Shown piece after piece: positions 27,072 through 35,638 of a stretch of 64,000 nucleotides of DNA. The translations under genes and the position numbers were made by a program. The stretch spans positions 206,481-270,480 of the forward strand of contig PFAD01000008.1 in assembly GCA_002773795.1 (NCBI GenBank). The letters are read 5' to 3'. The notes under the pieces are model-generated. The model saw only the letters and a program-made list of their open reading frames with translations, was not told the DNA's origin and did not search any database. Source of the stretch: Chlamydiae bacterium CG10_big_fil_rev_8_21_14_0_10_42_34. GTDB lineage: Bacteria > Chlamydiota > Chlamydiia > Chlamydiales > SM23-39. Within the stretch, counting starts at the first letter, position 1, and each line of letters begins with the position of its first letter.

Positions 27072-27578
27072 TTAAGGACAAGAAAATAGGCTGCAATCAA
27101 AAAGGGCGTTCACAAAGTTGCCAAATGCAACAAGGGCAACAAGAGCGAGCGCAAATTTTTCTACGCCACCCCATTGGATCTGCTCTTTTTTGTTTTCAGT
27201 TAGGCCATACATAATGAGTAAAACTGCACATGCAAATACAGAGCAGCCAAAGACGATATAGGACCAGACATAAAGCTCAAGACCCAAAATAGGGTGGCCA
27301 AATGGAGCAAATTGAGGGCAAATATGCATGCCAATTTGTCGAAGGGAAACGACTCTTCCAACCGTTGCTGCCAGAATCGCAAGGCCGTAATGCTCTACTC
27401 GAATGCCAAAACGAAGATTCATAAGGATCGCAATGCTTACCCCAGTCATCCCTAGTCTTTGCATGAAACAGAGAATGCAAGGCTCTTCATGAGAAAATAT
27501 TTGGTAGGCATACCCACCGATTAAGACTAAAGATAAAACGTAAATAAAGATGAGATTGAGCTGCTTTTGAAGTTTCAT
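27072..27578 (-). CDS. dsbB: Disulfide bond formation protein DsbB/BdbC-like
   Basis: Four TM segments, CxxC (CILC) after TM1, and a second Cys-containing loop (HICPQF). Confidence 0.7.
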   Translation of the reverse strand: MKLQKQLNLIFIYVLSLVLIGGYAYQIFSHEEPCILCFMQRLGMTGVSIAILMNLRFGIRVEHYGLAILAATVGRVVSLRQIGMHICPQFAPFGHPILGLELYVWSYIVFGCSVFACAVLLIMYGLTENKKEQIQWGGVEKFALALVALVAFGNFVNALFDCSLFSCP

Positions 27579-27857
27579 TTTTTATATCCTAAAGATGTCG
27601 GTTGTGTGTTGCAGGAACATGAGAGAAGAGAGTATCAGGTTGATGATAATGAAAAGAAATGCGGAAGATTTGTTTTTTTTGAAAATCAAAAAAATACAGT
27701 ACAAGTAAATTGCAAAGAGAAGAGCCATAAAAATCCTTTTTGTTCATCAAAGAGTTTTTTTTATTATTCGTCAAGGGCTCTTTTACTCCATTATTTAGCA
27801 CCTCTTATCCCGTTAAAGGGCTGGTTCTGCAATAGGGCTTAAAGCTGCCTCTGGTTT

Positions 27858-28988
27858 TTGGTTTCTAAACAAGGTATTCGTCCAGGAGATAAGCCAGAAA
27901 TCGTTCTGAGTGATTCTGATGTAGATGATAATTTGCAAGCCAACTTACATCAAAGAAATGTTGACGAAGCGGTATATTCTGAAGTGCCCCCCTTAGCCCC
28001 TCCTTTTTATGTTGACGAAGCGGTATATTCTGAAGTGCCCCCACTAGCGCCTGTTTTAGAAAGAGTGGAAAAGCCTAAAGAGGTGAGCCAAATTGCAAGG
28101 TTGCTCCGTGGTTTACACTCATCCGTTCTGGATATGAAGGCTGGTAAAGATAATAAAATTGTTGTCGATCAAATATCAGAAGTGGCCAAACAGCTAAAAC
28201 GCGCAAATTGTGATGTTAGCGAGTATAGAGATTTTTTTGGACTCGTACACACTTGCTATCATCATTTAAATTTAGATGAAATCGATCGAGATCTAACTCA
28301 AACTGAGCTTCGTTTAATAAGGCTTTTAAATGTTTTATGTGCCCGCTTGTTTTATAATAAAACGGGCAATCCCGAACTTTCTTTGGCGATAGCTTATTAT
28401 AATAAAGAGACGCGAGGGGATGTTTCAATTCTTAACTATTATCTCGAAAGCCCTGATTTTACAAAGAAGGGCCGGCCATTTAGTGGATGGATTGTGGAGA
28501 AAGCATGTTCATTTCTTTATCAGTACGATCGGAAGCGCACCCTCGAGGACTTTGTTAAATTTATTGGGCCCAAAAGGATGCTAGAGGCAAAGGGGAATTC
28601 AGGGAAAACTTTTCTGATGGAAGTTCTAAGCACAGAGTACATAAATAAAAAAATATGCACTGAAATTTTAGATGTTTTTCCAGGAGGTTTCAGCGACTCA
28701 ATGAAAAACTTGGGGCCCATATACCCTGACAAGAATATGAATGAGGCGTGGAATCGACAAGATGATTCGGGCAATACAGCATTGCTATTGCTTTTAAAAA
28801 ATAAGAAAATCAACAATGAGAGATCTTTAGGTTTTTTGCAAAACCTTGTTTTTTATTTCGCTGCGAATGGGGCTGATCTGGCAGTTAAAAATCACTCTGG
28901 CGAGATGCCTGAAGACTATTTTTGTATGGGGCCTAATGGCTTGAAAGTGCTAAAAGTGATCTATGAGAAAGTGAAGGGTAAGTTGTAA
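27858..28988 (+). CDS. Ankyrin-repeat protein with N-terminal tandem Tyr/Pro-motif repeat (putative effector)
   Basis: TTG start, uncertain. VDEAVYSEVPPLAP occurs twice. The C-terminal ankyrin-like repeats are GKTFLMEVL, GNTALLLLLKN and ANGADLAVKNHSGEMP. Confidence 0.55.
   Translation: MVSKQGIRPGDKPEIVLSDSDVDDNLQANLHQRNVDEAVYSEVPPLAPPFYVDEAVYSEVPPLAPVLERVEKPKEVSQIARLLRGLHSSVLDMKAGKDNKIVVDQISEVAKQLKRANCDVSEYRDFFGLVHTCYHHLNLDEIDRDLTQTELRLIRLLNVLCARLFYNKTGNPELSLAIAYYNKETRGDVSILNYYLESPDFTKKGRPFSGWIVEKACSFLYQYDRKRTLEDFVKFIGPKRMLEAKGNSGKTFLMEVLSTEYINKKICTEILDVFPGGFSDSMKNLGPIYPDKNMNEAWNRQDDSGNTALLLLLKNKKINNERSLGFLQNLVFYFAANGADLAVKNHSGEMPEDYFCMGPNGLKVLKVIYEKVKGKL
27960..28061 (+). repeat. 51-bp tandem duplication (2 units) inside the CDS
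   Basis: GTTGACGAAGCGGTATATTCTGAAGTGCCCCC is identical at 27960 and 28011. The unit tails have diverged (CTTAGCCCCTCC versus ACTAGCGCCTGT). Confidence 0.9.
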
Positions 28989-29002
28989 GAAAGGATCTTT
29001 CA

Positions 29003-29464
29003 CTATTCATCAAGAGCTCTTTGGATCGATCTTTTATCGTCTTTTTCTTTGAGGGCAGCTCTTTTATCGTAGGCTTTTTTCCCCTTAGCTGTCGCGATGC
29101 GCACCTTCGCGATCCCTTTTTTGTTGAGGTAGATCGAAAGGGGAATCACAGCGAGCCCTTTTTCATGAACGAGCCTCTTTAGTTTTTCAATTTCTCGCTT
29201 ATGCATCAGAAGCTTTTTAGGGCGCCTTTCTTCATGATTGAATACGCCACCATGAGAGTAGGGGGCAATACTACAGTTGAGGAGGGTGAGATCTTTCCCT
29301 CTCACATCGACGTAGGCGTCTTGGAGGGAGCCCCCGTGGTTGCGAAGAGACTTAATTTCGCTCCCAAGCAAAATAATTCCCGCTTCGAATGTGTCGAGTA
29401 TCTCATAGTCGTAGGTGGCTCTACGGTTTGAAACAAGTTCTGATTTAGGGGCGTCTTTGCTCAT
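29003..29464 (-). CDS. smpB: SsrA-binding protein
   Basis: NRRATYDYEILDTFEAGIILLGSEIKSLR and the basic C-terminal tail are canonical SmpB. Confidence 0.9.
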   Translation of the reverse strand: MSKDAPKSELVSNRRATYDYEILDTFEAGIILLGSEIKSLRNHGGSLQDAYVDVRGKDLTLLNCSIAPYSHGGVFNHEERRPKKLLMHKREIEKLKRLVHEKGLAVIPLSIYLNKKGIAKVRIATAKGKKAYDKRAALKEKDDKRSIQRALDE

Positions 29465-29473
29465 GGCTCTAGT

Positions 29474-30124
29474 TTATCTTCTAGGCTTAAAAAAGCCGAG
29501 AAGAAAGAGAACAATGATAGTTGCCCAAAAAATGAGAGGTGACAGAGAAGCGCCTAAGGCTCCAATTCCCAATTTGACCCCAATGAGTCCGACCATAAGG
29601 TACGAGCTTTTCTCTAGATTGGGGAAGCGGTCTATAAGTGAACTAAATAGATCTGCAGCGTAGCGCATCCCAAACACACCGATCATACCCCCTGCATAGA
29701 CAATCCAGAGCTTAGATCTTAACTCATCGATAAAGGCAAGGCCGGCTACGATCGAGTCGACGGCGAAGGCAATATCGAAAAGTTCTATAAGGAGGACTGT
29801 TTTCCAAAAGGAGATAGTTTGAGGGGGCTTGGTCGACTTTCCTTTTTGAATAAAGTAGCGAGCGGATAAGTAAAGGAGGTAGGCGGCTCCTAAGAGTTGG
29901 ATCCAGGGGTAATCAAAGAGATAGGAGAGGAGAAAAAGGGCTGCAGCCCGAAAAAAAAAGGCAGAGGCCACACCAATATAGAGTGCTTTGCGCCTTATGG
30001 GAGCCGGAAGCGCGCTACTTATAACTCCAAGTACGACGGCGTTGTCAGCGGATAGGAGCATTTCCAAAAACGTGAGGGTGACAACCTTTGGTAAATCGGA
30101 GAGGGCAAATGTTTGGTCAAGCAT
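29474..30124 (-). CDS. TerC family integral membrane protein
   Basis: It has the LSADNAVVLG motif, the repeated AVDSI motif, and multiple TM segments. Confidence 0.8.
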   Translation of the reverse strand: MLDQTFALSDLPKVVTLTFLEMLLSADNAVVLGVISSALPAPIRRKALYIGVASAFFFRAAALFLLSYLFDYPWIQLLGAAYLLYLSARYFIQKGKSTKPPQTISFWKTVLLIELFDIAFAVDSIVAGLAFIDELRSKLWIVYAGGMIGVFGMRYAADLFSSLIDRFPNLEKSSYLMVGLIGVKLGIGALGASLSPLIFWATIIVLFLLGFFKPRR

Positions 30125-30182
30125 TGAGCCAAATTTAGTGAAAAGGGGAAAATATGCAAAGCCTTATTTAGAGCGCTCGAAA

Positions 30183-31502
30183 TTAGTCGTTGAAGAAGAA
30201 TTTGCCGAAATGGGTCATCGCAAAGCACTCTCTGCCGTTGCATGTGCCTGTTGCCACCATGCCCATCTCGTAGAGCCACTCAAAAATCGTCGCTTTTAAA
30301 ATGGCAATCTCTTCATCTCCATAGACCGGGAGTGAATATGCCCAGTGTTTGCCCACTCGTTTTAGCATGACGACAGAGTTTTCATTCAGAGGAACAAGGA
30401 CTCCCTTCAAGAACTCATCAAAGTAGACCCATTCCCCGTGAAGAACGCGTTTGATCGACTTTTCAGCCTCGCGCACATAGCGCTCGCCAACAGGCAGACT
30501 TAAGATGTGGTTGTGGGGATGACGGTATAGGTGCAAAGCTCTATTTTCTAAAGAAAGATCAAGCCACGCATCACCCGCATCCAATGTCTTTAGTTTTCCA
30601 TCGGAATACTCGGCGAGCTTAACTAGGCAAAGCTTTTGAACTTCGGGAGAATTTTCTACTTGAAGTGCCTTTTTTTTCGCCTTGAGCAATAGGTCACTCA
30701 TCTTTTCGAGAAAGGCAAAATCAGTCTCGCTGCGGCGTTGGATGGCATCTGTTGATGGGATACACGGCGTCTGGGTATCTCGGTAGAATTGGAGATATTC
30801 TTTCCACTCATGAAAGGGACTGACGTACTCTAGCCAATGATCATCCTCTTTTTCATAGCAAAGGCAGCAAACAAAGTTAAATTCTAAAATGAGGAGAATC
30901 TCTTCAAAATCAACTCGTTTTAAGTTGTATTTGGAGATCAAATCGGTAGAGGAGATCTTAAAATCAGGCGCGGATAAGACATCATTCATGATGTCGTTGA
31001 GGATCGGTTCTCCAAAGTTTAGCTCCATAAGGTAGCGCTGAAAGATGTGAGGGGTGAGTAGGTATCTTTCTACAATGGACTCGAAGATGTTGTTCGACGT
31101 GCGCGGAATGGAGTACCAAGTGGGGAGAAGGTGGATCGGTACTTTTTTCAAGAGTCCTTGAACAAACTCCATGTCAGGCTTAAATTGTGGGTCGAAACGG
31201 TGGATTTGGAATTCGAAGTATTTCCGTTTTTCTTTGTCTACGCAGATAGTGTCACCTTGAACAGAAACAAGACCTGTCGAGGAGAGCTTGTTGAGAGATT
31301 TTGTTAATTCGTGCTCTTCACAGCTAAGGGCGCGGAGTAATTTTTTCTGAGAGATTTTTAAGGGGCTGTAGAGGATCTCTTCGAGTACTTCGATGTCGAT
31401 GGTGGAAAAATCGGACATCATCATCCGGTTTTCGATATCTTGCTGACAGTTGTAGTCGGCAAGGTTCACTTTATTTTTTCGTGCGGGACTTAGCTCTAAC
31501 AT
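30183..31502 (-). CDS. Hypothetical protein (439 aa)
   Basis: Long unopposed ORF downstream of rarA in the same orientation. I recognise no motif. Confidence 0.5.
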   Translation of the reverse strand: MLELSPARKNKVNLADYNCQQDIENRMMMSDFSTIDIEVLEEILYSPLKISQKKLLRALSCEEHELTKSLNKLSSTGLVSVQGDTICVDKEKRKYFEFQIHRFDPQFKPDMEFVQGLLKKVPIHLLPTWYSIPRTSNNIFESIVERYLLTPHIFQRYLMELNFGEPILNDIMNDVLSAPDFKISSTDLISKYNLKRVDFEEILLILEFNFVCCLCYEKEDDHWLEYVSPFHEWKEYLQFYRDTQTPCIPSTDAIQRRSETDFAFLEKMSDLLLKAKKKALQVENSPEVQKLCLVKLAEYSDGKLKTLDAGDAWLDLSLENRALHLYRHPHNHILSLPVGERYVREAEKSIKRVLHGEWVYFDEFLKGVLVPLNENSVVMLKRVGKHWAYSLPVYGDEEIAILKATIFEWLYEMGMVATGTCNGRECFAMTHFGKFFFND

Positions 31503-31574
31503 TTATATCTCATTAAGACGAGGATAAATATAGACCACCTAGATACATTGGTGCAAGAAATACCAATGGGATTT

Positions 31575-32804
31575 TTACGAATCGCTTTTCTGGTCCTTGA
31601 TGTGGAGCCTGAGCTTGGCGAAATAAGCGTGTCTTTTCTTCATTTCCCTCTCAAAGCCCCTTTCAACAGGGCGATAGAAATTTTGCCTGCCGATTTCGTC
31701 GGGGAAGTATTCCTGGCCTGAAAATCCATGGGGGGTGTCGGGATCGTATTCATATTTTTTTGAATAACCCATATCTTCCATGAGCTTGGTTGGGGCATTC
31801 ATAATATGTTTCGGTGGGTCGAGGTGCCCCGATTCTTCTGCAATTTTTCTCGCTTCTCGGTATGCGAGGTACCCAGCATTGCTCTTTGGGGCAAGAGATA
31901 GATAGAGGATTACTTGGGCAAGGGCTAATTCACCTTCAGGAGACCCGAGCATATTATATGCGTTCCATCCGTTCATGGCGTGGTGCAAAGCCTCTGGATC
32001 CGCTAAGCCAATGTCCTCAGTTGCGATGCGAATCAGTCTTCTACCTATATATAGGGGGTCTTCTCCCCCCTCAATCATCCGGGCAAACCAGTATAAAGCC
32101 GCATCGGGGTCTGAGCCACGGATCGATTTGTGCAAAGCAGAGGTGAGGTTGAAGTGGCTGTCATGGTTTCGGTCGTATAGAGCTGGCTTTTTTTGAGAGG
32201 GGAGACCCTCTTGGATGTTCTCAATCATGTTCAACAGGTGTCTTGCATCACCTTGCGCATGTTGAATGAGCCTTTTCCGCTCATCTTGGCTTAAATTTAG
32301 GGGTTCTTCTGATGCTTCAAAGCGCTGAATAATCTGTTCTAAGGATGCGGGCTCAAGCGGTTCGAGTTTCAGCACGCGAAGTCTAGAGAGCAATGCATTG
32401 TTAATCACAAATGAGGGGTTTTCTGTTGTCGCTCCAACTAAGATCAATGTGCCGTCTTCCAGAAAGGGGAGAAACACATCTTGTTGCGCTCGATTGAATC
32501 TGTGGATCTCATCTACAAATAGGATCGTTTGCCTGTGGAAAAGGGGATTTTCTTGTCCCTCTTTTAAAATCTTTTTAAGCTCTGTTGTCGTATTGAAAAC
32601 AGCGCTTAATTGGACAAATGGAAGCTTGAAACTTTGGGCGTATGCACGTGCAATTGTTGTCTTGCCACATCCCGGCGGACCGAAGAGTAAAAGTGAAAGT
32701 GGATGACCATTTTTAACGATCTGTTTAACGAAATGAATGTGATTTTGTTGTCCTGAAATTTCAGATAACTTTTTGGGTCGTAATTTTTCAGAAAGTGGCG
32801 TCAT
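31575..32804 (-). CDS. rarA: Replication-associated recombination protein A (AAA+ ATPase)
   Basis: Walker A GPPGCGKTT, Walker B LFVDEIHRFN, and the MgsA C-terminal domain (HKSIRGSDPDAALYW). Confidence 0.9.
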   Translation of the reverse strand: MTPLSEKLRPKKLSEISGQQNHIHFVKQIVKNGHPLSLLLFGPPGCGKTTIARAYAQSFKLPFVQLSAVFNTTTELKKILKEGQENPLFHRQTILFVDEIHRFNRAQQDVFLPFLEDGTLILVGATTENPSFVINNALLSRLRVLKLEPLEPASLEQIIQRFEASEEPLNLSQDERKRLIQHAQGDARHLLNMIENIQEGLPSQKKPALYDRNHDSHFNLTSALHKSIRGSDPDAALYWFARMIEGGEDPLYIGRRLIRIATEDIGLADPEALHHAMNGWNAYNMLGSPEGELALAQVILYLSLAPKSNAGYLAYREARKIAEESGHLDPPKHIMNAPTKLMEDMGYSKKYEYDPDTPHGFSGQEYFPDEIGRQNFYRPVERGFEREMKKRHAYFAKLRLHIKDQKSDS

Positions 32805-33066
32805 TTTTGTAACAATATCTGAAAAAAATGTTTTTTACATCCAATTTTCTATTCTGTTGAATCTTAGTTGGTTGCAACTTAAATAACTTCGTAAGTGACT
32901 GGCTATTAAAATGATGTGTCTAAAGTGTGATTTTTTGCGCATTTTAGGGATATTTTTAAATATTTTCAACTTTTTTTTTGTTCGCAAAAATGCCCTCAGA
33001 ATGCATTCTGGAATAGATTTTAATTATATGAACATTATCAAAAGTAAAGATAAAGGTATAAGTAGT

Positions 33067-33095
33067 TTGTAATAATAAATAAAAAATTATATACT
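33067..33095 (+). promoter_or_regulatory. Candidate sigma-70/66-type promoter for the hctB-like gene
   Basis: TTGTAA, a 17-nt spacer, then TATACT. It would give a leader of about 100 nt. This is a pattern match only, in an AT-rich region. Confidence 0.35.
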
Positions 33096-33120
33096 AAAAC
33101 TTGTAAGACTAATGTAGAGT

Positions 33121-33157
33121 GCGGGGTTTCCCGCCGAAGGTAAGAAGGTGTCTTACC
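33121..33157 (+). promoter_or_regulatory. Two stem-loops in the predicted 5' leader of the hctB-like gene
   Basis: GCGGG-GTTT-CCCGC (33121..33134) and GGTAAGA-AGGTG-TCTTACC (33139..33157), upstream of the SD AAGGAGG (33187..33193). Confidence 0.3.
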
Positions 33158-33201
33158 GGAAAAATAAGCTCTCAAGGCTTACACTTAAGGAGGAAATTAT
33201 T

Positions 33202-33414
33202 ATGGTAAAACGCAGAAAAAGAGCGGCTAAAAAAACTGCCCGCAAAACAAAAGCTCGCAAAACACGCAAAGTGAAAGCGCGCAAAACTAAGTCTCGCAAG
33301 ACTAAAGCTAGAAAATCTGTGAAAAGAAAAGCTGTGAAAAGAAAATCTAAAGCGCGCAAAACACGTCGCCGCCGCAGATCTCCAGCAGTAGCTGCTATCA
33401 TGGCTCAAGAGTAA
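33202..33414 (+). CDS. hctB: Lys/Arg/Ala-rich histone H1-like protein (Hc2/HctB-like)
   Basis: 70 aa, MVKRRKRAAKKTARKTKARKTRKVKARKTKSRKTKARK..., built of ARKTK-type repeats as in chlamydial Hc2. It has a strong SD and a strong terminator. Confidence 0.6.
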   Translation: MVKRRKRAAKKTARKTKARKTRKVKARKTKSRKTKARKSVKRKAVKRKSKARKTRRRRRSPAVAAIMAQE

Positions 33415-33442
33415 TCTTAACAGATTAACTTTGTATGTTTTA

Positions 33443-33480
33443 GATCGAGCTTGGCCTCAAGGCCAGCTCGATTTTTTTTT
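33443..33480 (+). terminator. Rho-independent terminator
   Basis: A 12-bp stem (one bulge), ATCGAGCTTGGCC-TCAA-GGCCAGCTCGAT, followed by T9. The T-run overlaps the stop codon of the convergent nitroreductase gene. Confidence 0.75.
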
Positions 33481-34066
33481 ATCTGAAGCTTCCTTCAAAT
33501 GCAATTTCATCCACTTTTTTTCGTCCAGATGGGACTTCCCTTTCTTGTAGATCCGGGGGGAGATTTTCTTTAGGGGCTTTTTTCCCTACAGCAAACATAG
33601 CAAGCACTTCGAAATCATCAGGAATCTGAAGGATCTCTTTTGCTTTTTGGTAATCAAACCCTTGCATTCCATGGACAACGAGGCCGCGACTGGTTCCTTC
33701 GAGAGCTAGATTTTGCCAAGCAGATCCCGCATCTAAGGCGTATGTAATTGAAGGTTTTTTGTTTTTTTCAAAGACTTTTCCAGAGACGATAACCCCTAAA
33801 AGGGCTGCATTGGCGCACCAGCTTTGATTGAACTCGATCAGGAGGTTAAAAAACTTATCCCAGTGAGGCGTTTCTCTTTTTGCGTAGACAAATCTCCAGG
33901 GTTGGTTGTTGTATGAAGAAGGGGCCCAACGAGCAGCTTCAAACAGAGAAAGAGTCTCTTCCTCTGAAATTTTCTCTCCCGTCATAGATCTCGGCGACCA
34001 TCTATTTAAAATGAGGGGGAGGATCGGATGGTCTGCTTTGCGATTTGTAGCTTCTGGGTTAGACAT
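33479..34066 (-). CDS. Nitroreductase family protein
   Basis: NRWSPRSM...LFEAARWAPSSYNNQPWRFVY is the nitroreductase signature. Confidence 0.8.
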   Translation of the reverse strand: MSNPEATNRKADHPILPLILNRWSPRSMTGEKISEEETLSLFEAARWAPSSYNNQPWRFVYAKRETPHWDKFFNLLIEFNQSWCANAALLGVIVSGKVFEKNKKPSITYALDAGSAWQNLALEGTSRGLVVHGMQGFDYQKAKEILQIPDDFEVLAMFAVGKKAPKENLPPDLQEREVPSGRKKVDEIAFEGSFR

Positions 34067-35522
34067 CGTCTTCTCCTATTTTCCACGAGGGGTCTTTAAA
34101 TTTGTAGATGAAGTAGGGGATAATCGACATAAGAAAAATTCCTATGATCAAAAACCCTTCATAAAAGTAGATGTTGCCGACTTGAAGTTGTCCGGGAGGA
34201 ACAAATCCTATGAGGATTGCAAACAGAGAACTTAACGCCCCCAAAGAGCCGACAAACCAGATCCCTGGCATATGATAGGGGATTCTGTAGGTTCTAACGA
34301 CATGTGGATGGCTGTAGCGTAGCTTGATTGCTGAGAGGAACATCAAAAAGTACATGATTAAGTAAAGCTGGGCTGACATTGCGCTTAATATCCAAAAAGC
34401 GCTGCTAGCAGAGGGCATCAGTAAGAAGACTAAAGATGAAATGCTAACAACGACCCCTTGAAAAAGGAGGAGGTTAATCGGCATCCCGTGCTTATTTAGC
34501 TTCTGAAAAATGGGGGGGAGATCTCCGTGTTTTGACGTTGCATGTAAAGCTCTAACAGGCCCAATAATCCAAGCGTTAAGTTCTCCAACAGCACCCATAA
34601 TTATCATTAAACCTAAAGGGACTAAGAGCCACTCGATGTGGAAATGCTTTAAAAACAGGCTAAATGCTTCCATGAGTCCGCCGATGAGACTGATTTGCTC
34701 TTTTGGGATCATGATTGCTATGGACAATGCTCCCGCTGCATATACGACTAAAGCAACAATTGCTGCAATTGTGATCGCCTTCGGAAATGTTTTTTGTGGA
34801 TCTTGGACCTCTCGCGCATGGACAGCGGATACTTCAAGTCCTCCGAAAGCTAAAAACAGCCCTGTTAAAAATACGAGGTTTTGGGGATCTTTCAAGGAGG
34901 GGATTAGGGCGTCAGGAGAATAGGCAATCGCTAGGGTCTCGCCACTTAGGGCCCAAATAAGTCCTAAAACAATGAGAAATATGCCAGGAATGATCGTTCC
35001 GCAAAATACGCCAAAGGCGCTAAACCAGCTCGATGTTTTCAATCCATAGTAGTTAAAGAATGTAAACCCCCAAAATCCCCCTAAAATACAACTGATTAAA
35101 AACCACTTATTTTCTGCGAGTTCTGGGTTGATTAGATAGGCTAAGGCAGTTGCTGAAAACGATAAAATAGCTGGAAACCAGGTTACGTTGTGGATCCACT
35201 GCATCCAAACGGCAAAAAATCCCCATCCAGGGCCGAAAGCTTCTTTAACCCAAATGTAGATCCCTCCAGTTCGATTCCATCCCGTGGCAAGCTCTGCAGA
35301 AACGAGCGCGGCAGGAAATAAAAAGACCACTGCGACAACTAAGTATAAAAAGGGGGAGCCGAACCCATATTCAGAGACGATGGGTAGGTTTCTAAGAGAT
35401 GTCATGACAGCAAGATTCAGCAACGCGAGTAGAGTAACACCGAGAAATCGTCTTTGTTCCATTGCTATATCCTGATCGTTCAATACTTTTGGCATAATAC
35501 AATTTTCAAAAAGGAGATGCAA
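34059..35522 (-). CDS. APC-superfamily amino acid permease/antiporter (paralog of 1171..2559)
   Basis: AELATGWNRTGGIYIWVKEAFGP, HGDLPPIF and KLNKHGMPIN are colinear with the first copy. The start is uncertain (possibly the internal MPKV). Confidence 0.8.
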   Translation of the reverse strand: MHLLFENCIMPKVLNDQDIAMEQRRFLGVTLLALLNLAVMTSLRNLPIVSEYGFGSPFLYLVVAVVFLFPAALVSAELATGWNRTGGIYIWVKEAFGPGWGFFAVWMQWIHNVTWFPAILSFSATALAYLINPELAENKWFLISCILGGFWGFTFFNYYGLKTSSWFSAFGVFCGTIIPGIFLIVLGLIWALSGETLAIAYSPDALIPSLKDPQNLVFLTGLFLAFGGLEVSAVHAREVQDPQKTFPKAITIAAIVALVVYAAGALSIAIMIPKEQISLIGGLMEAFSLFLKHFHIEWLLVPLGLMIIMGAVGELNAWIIGPVRALHATSKHGDLPPIFQKLNKHGMPINLLLFQGVVVSISSLVFLLMPSASSAFWILSAMSAQLYLIMYFLMFLSAIKLRYSHPHVVRTYRIPYHMPGIWFVGSLGALSSLFAILIGFVPPGQLQVGNIYFYEGFLIIGIFLMSIIPYFIYKFKDPSWKIGEDDV

Positions 35523-35638
35523 GGGGGAAGAAGTTGTCTTTGATGAACTTGTCTGTTTAGGCGTCGCTGATTAATTTTTTAGGTTCAGTGGATTAATAAT
35601 TCACTCTTAGATATAGACCATTTTAATATGGGGTGAAT

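Noticed and set aside
27960-28061. I considered whether the direct repeat could be a CRISPR or other non-coding repeat array.
   Set aside because: There are only two adjacent units with no spacer. They are in frame within a long ORF and encode the same peptide. No cas genes or other arrays occur anywhere in the window.
33040-33075. A sigma-28-type promoter for the hctB-like gene (TAAAGGTA near 33050).
   Set aside because: The downstream half-site (xxCGAxxx at the proper 11-12 nt spacing) is absent. The sigma-70-like TTGTAA-17-TATACT is a better fit, though still unproven.
33153-33408. Two minus-strand ORFs (82 and 78 aa) opposite the Hc2-like gene.
   Set aside because: They are mirror images of a repetitive AAR/CGC-rich coding sequence. 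The plus-strand gene has the SD, the ATG, the terminator and similarity to a known protein family.
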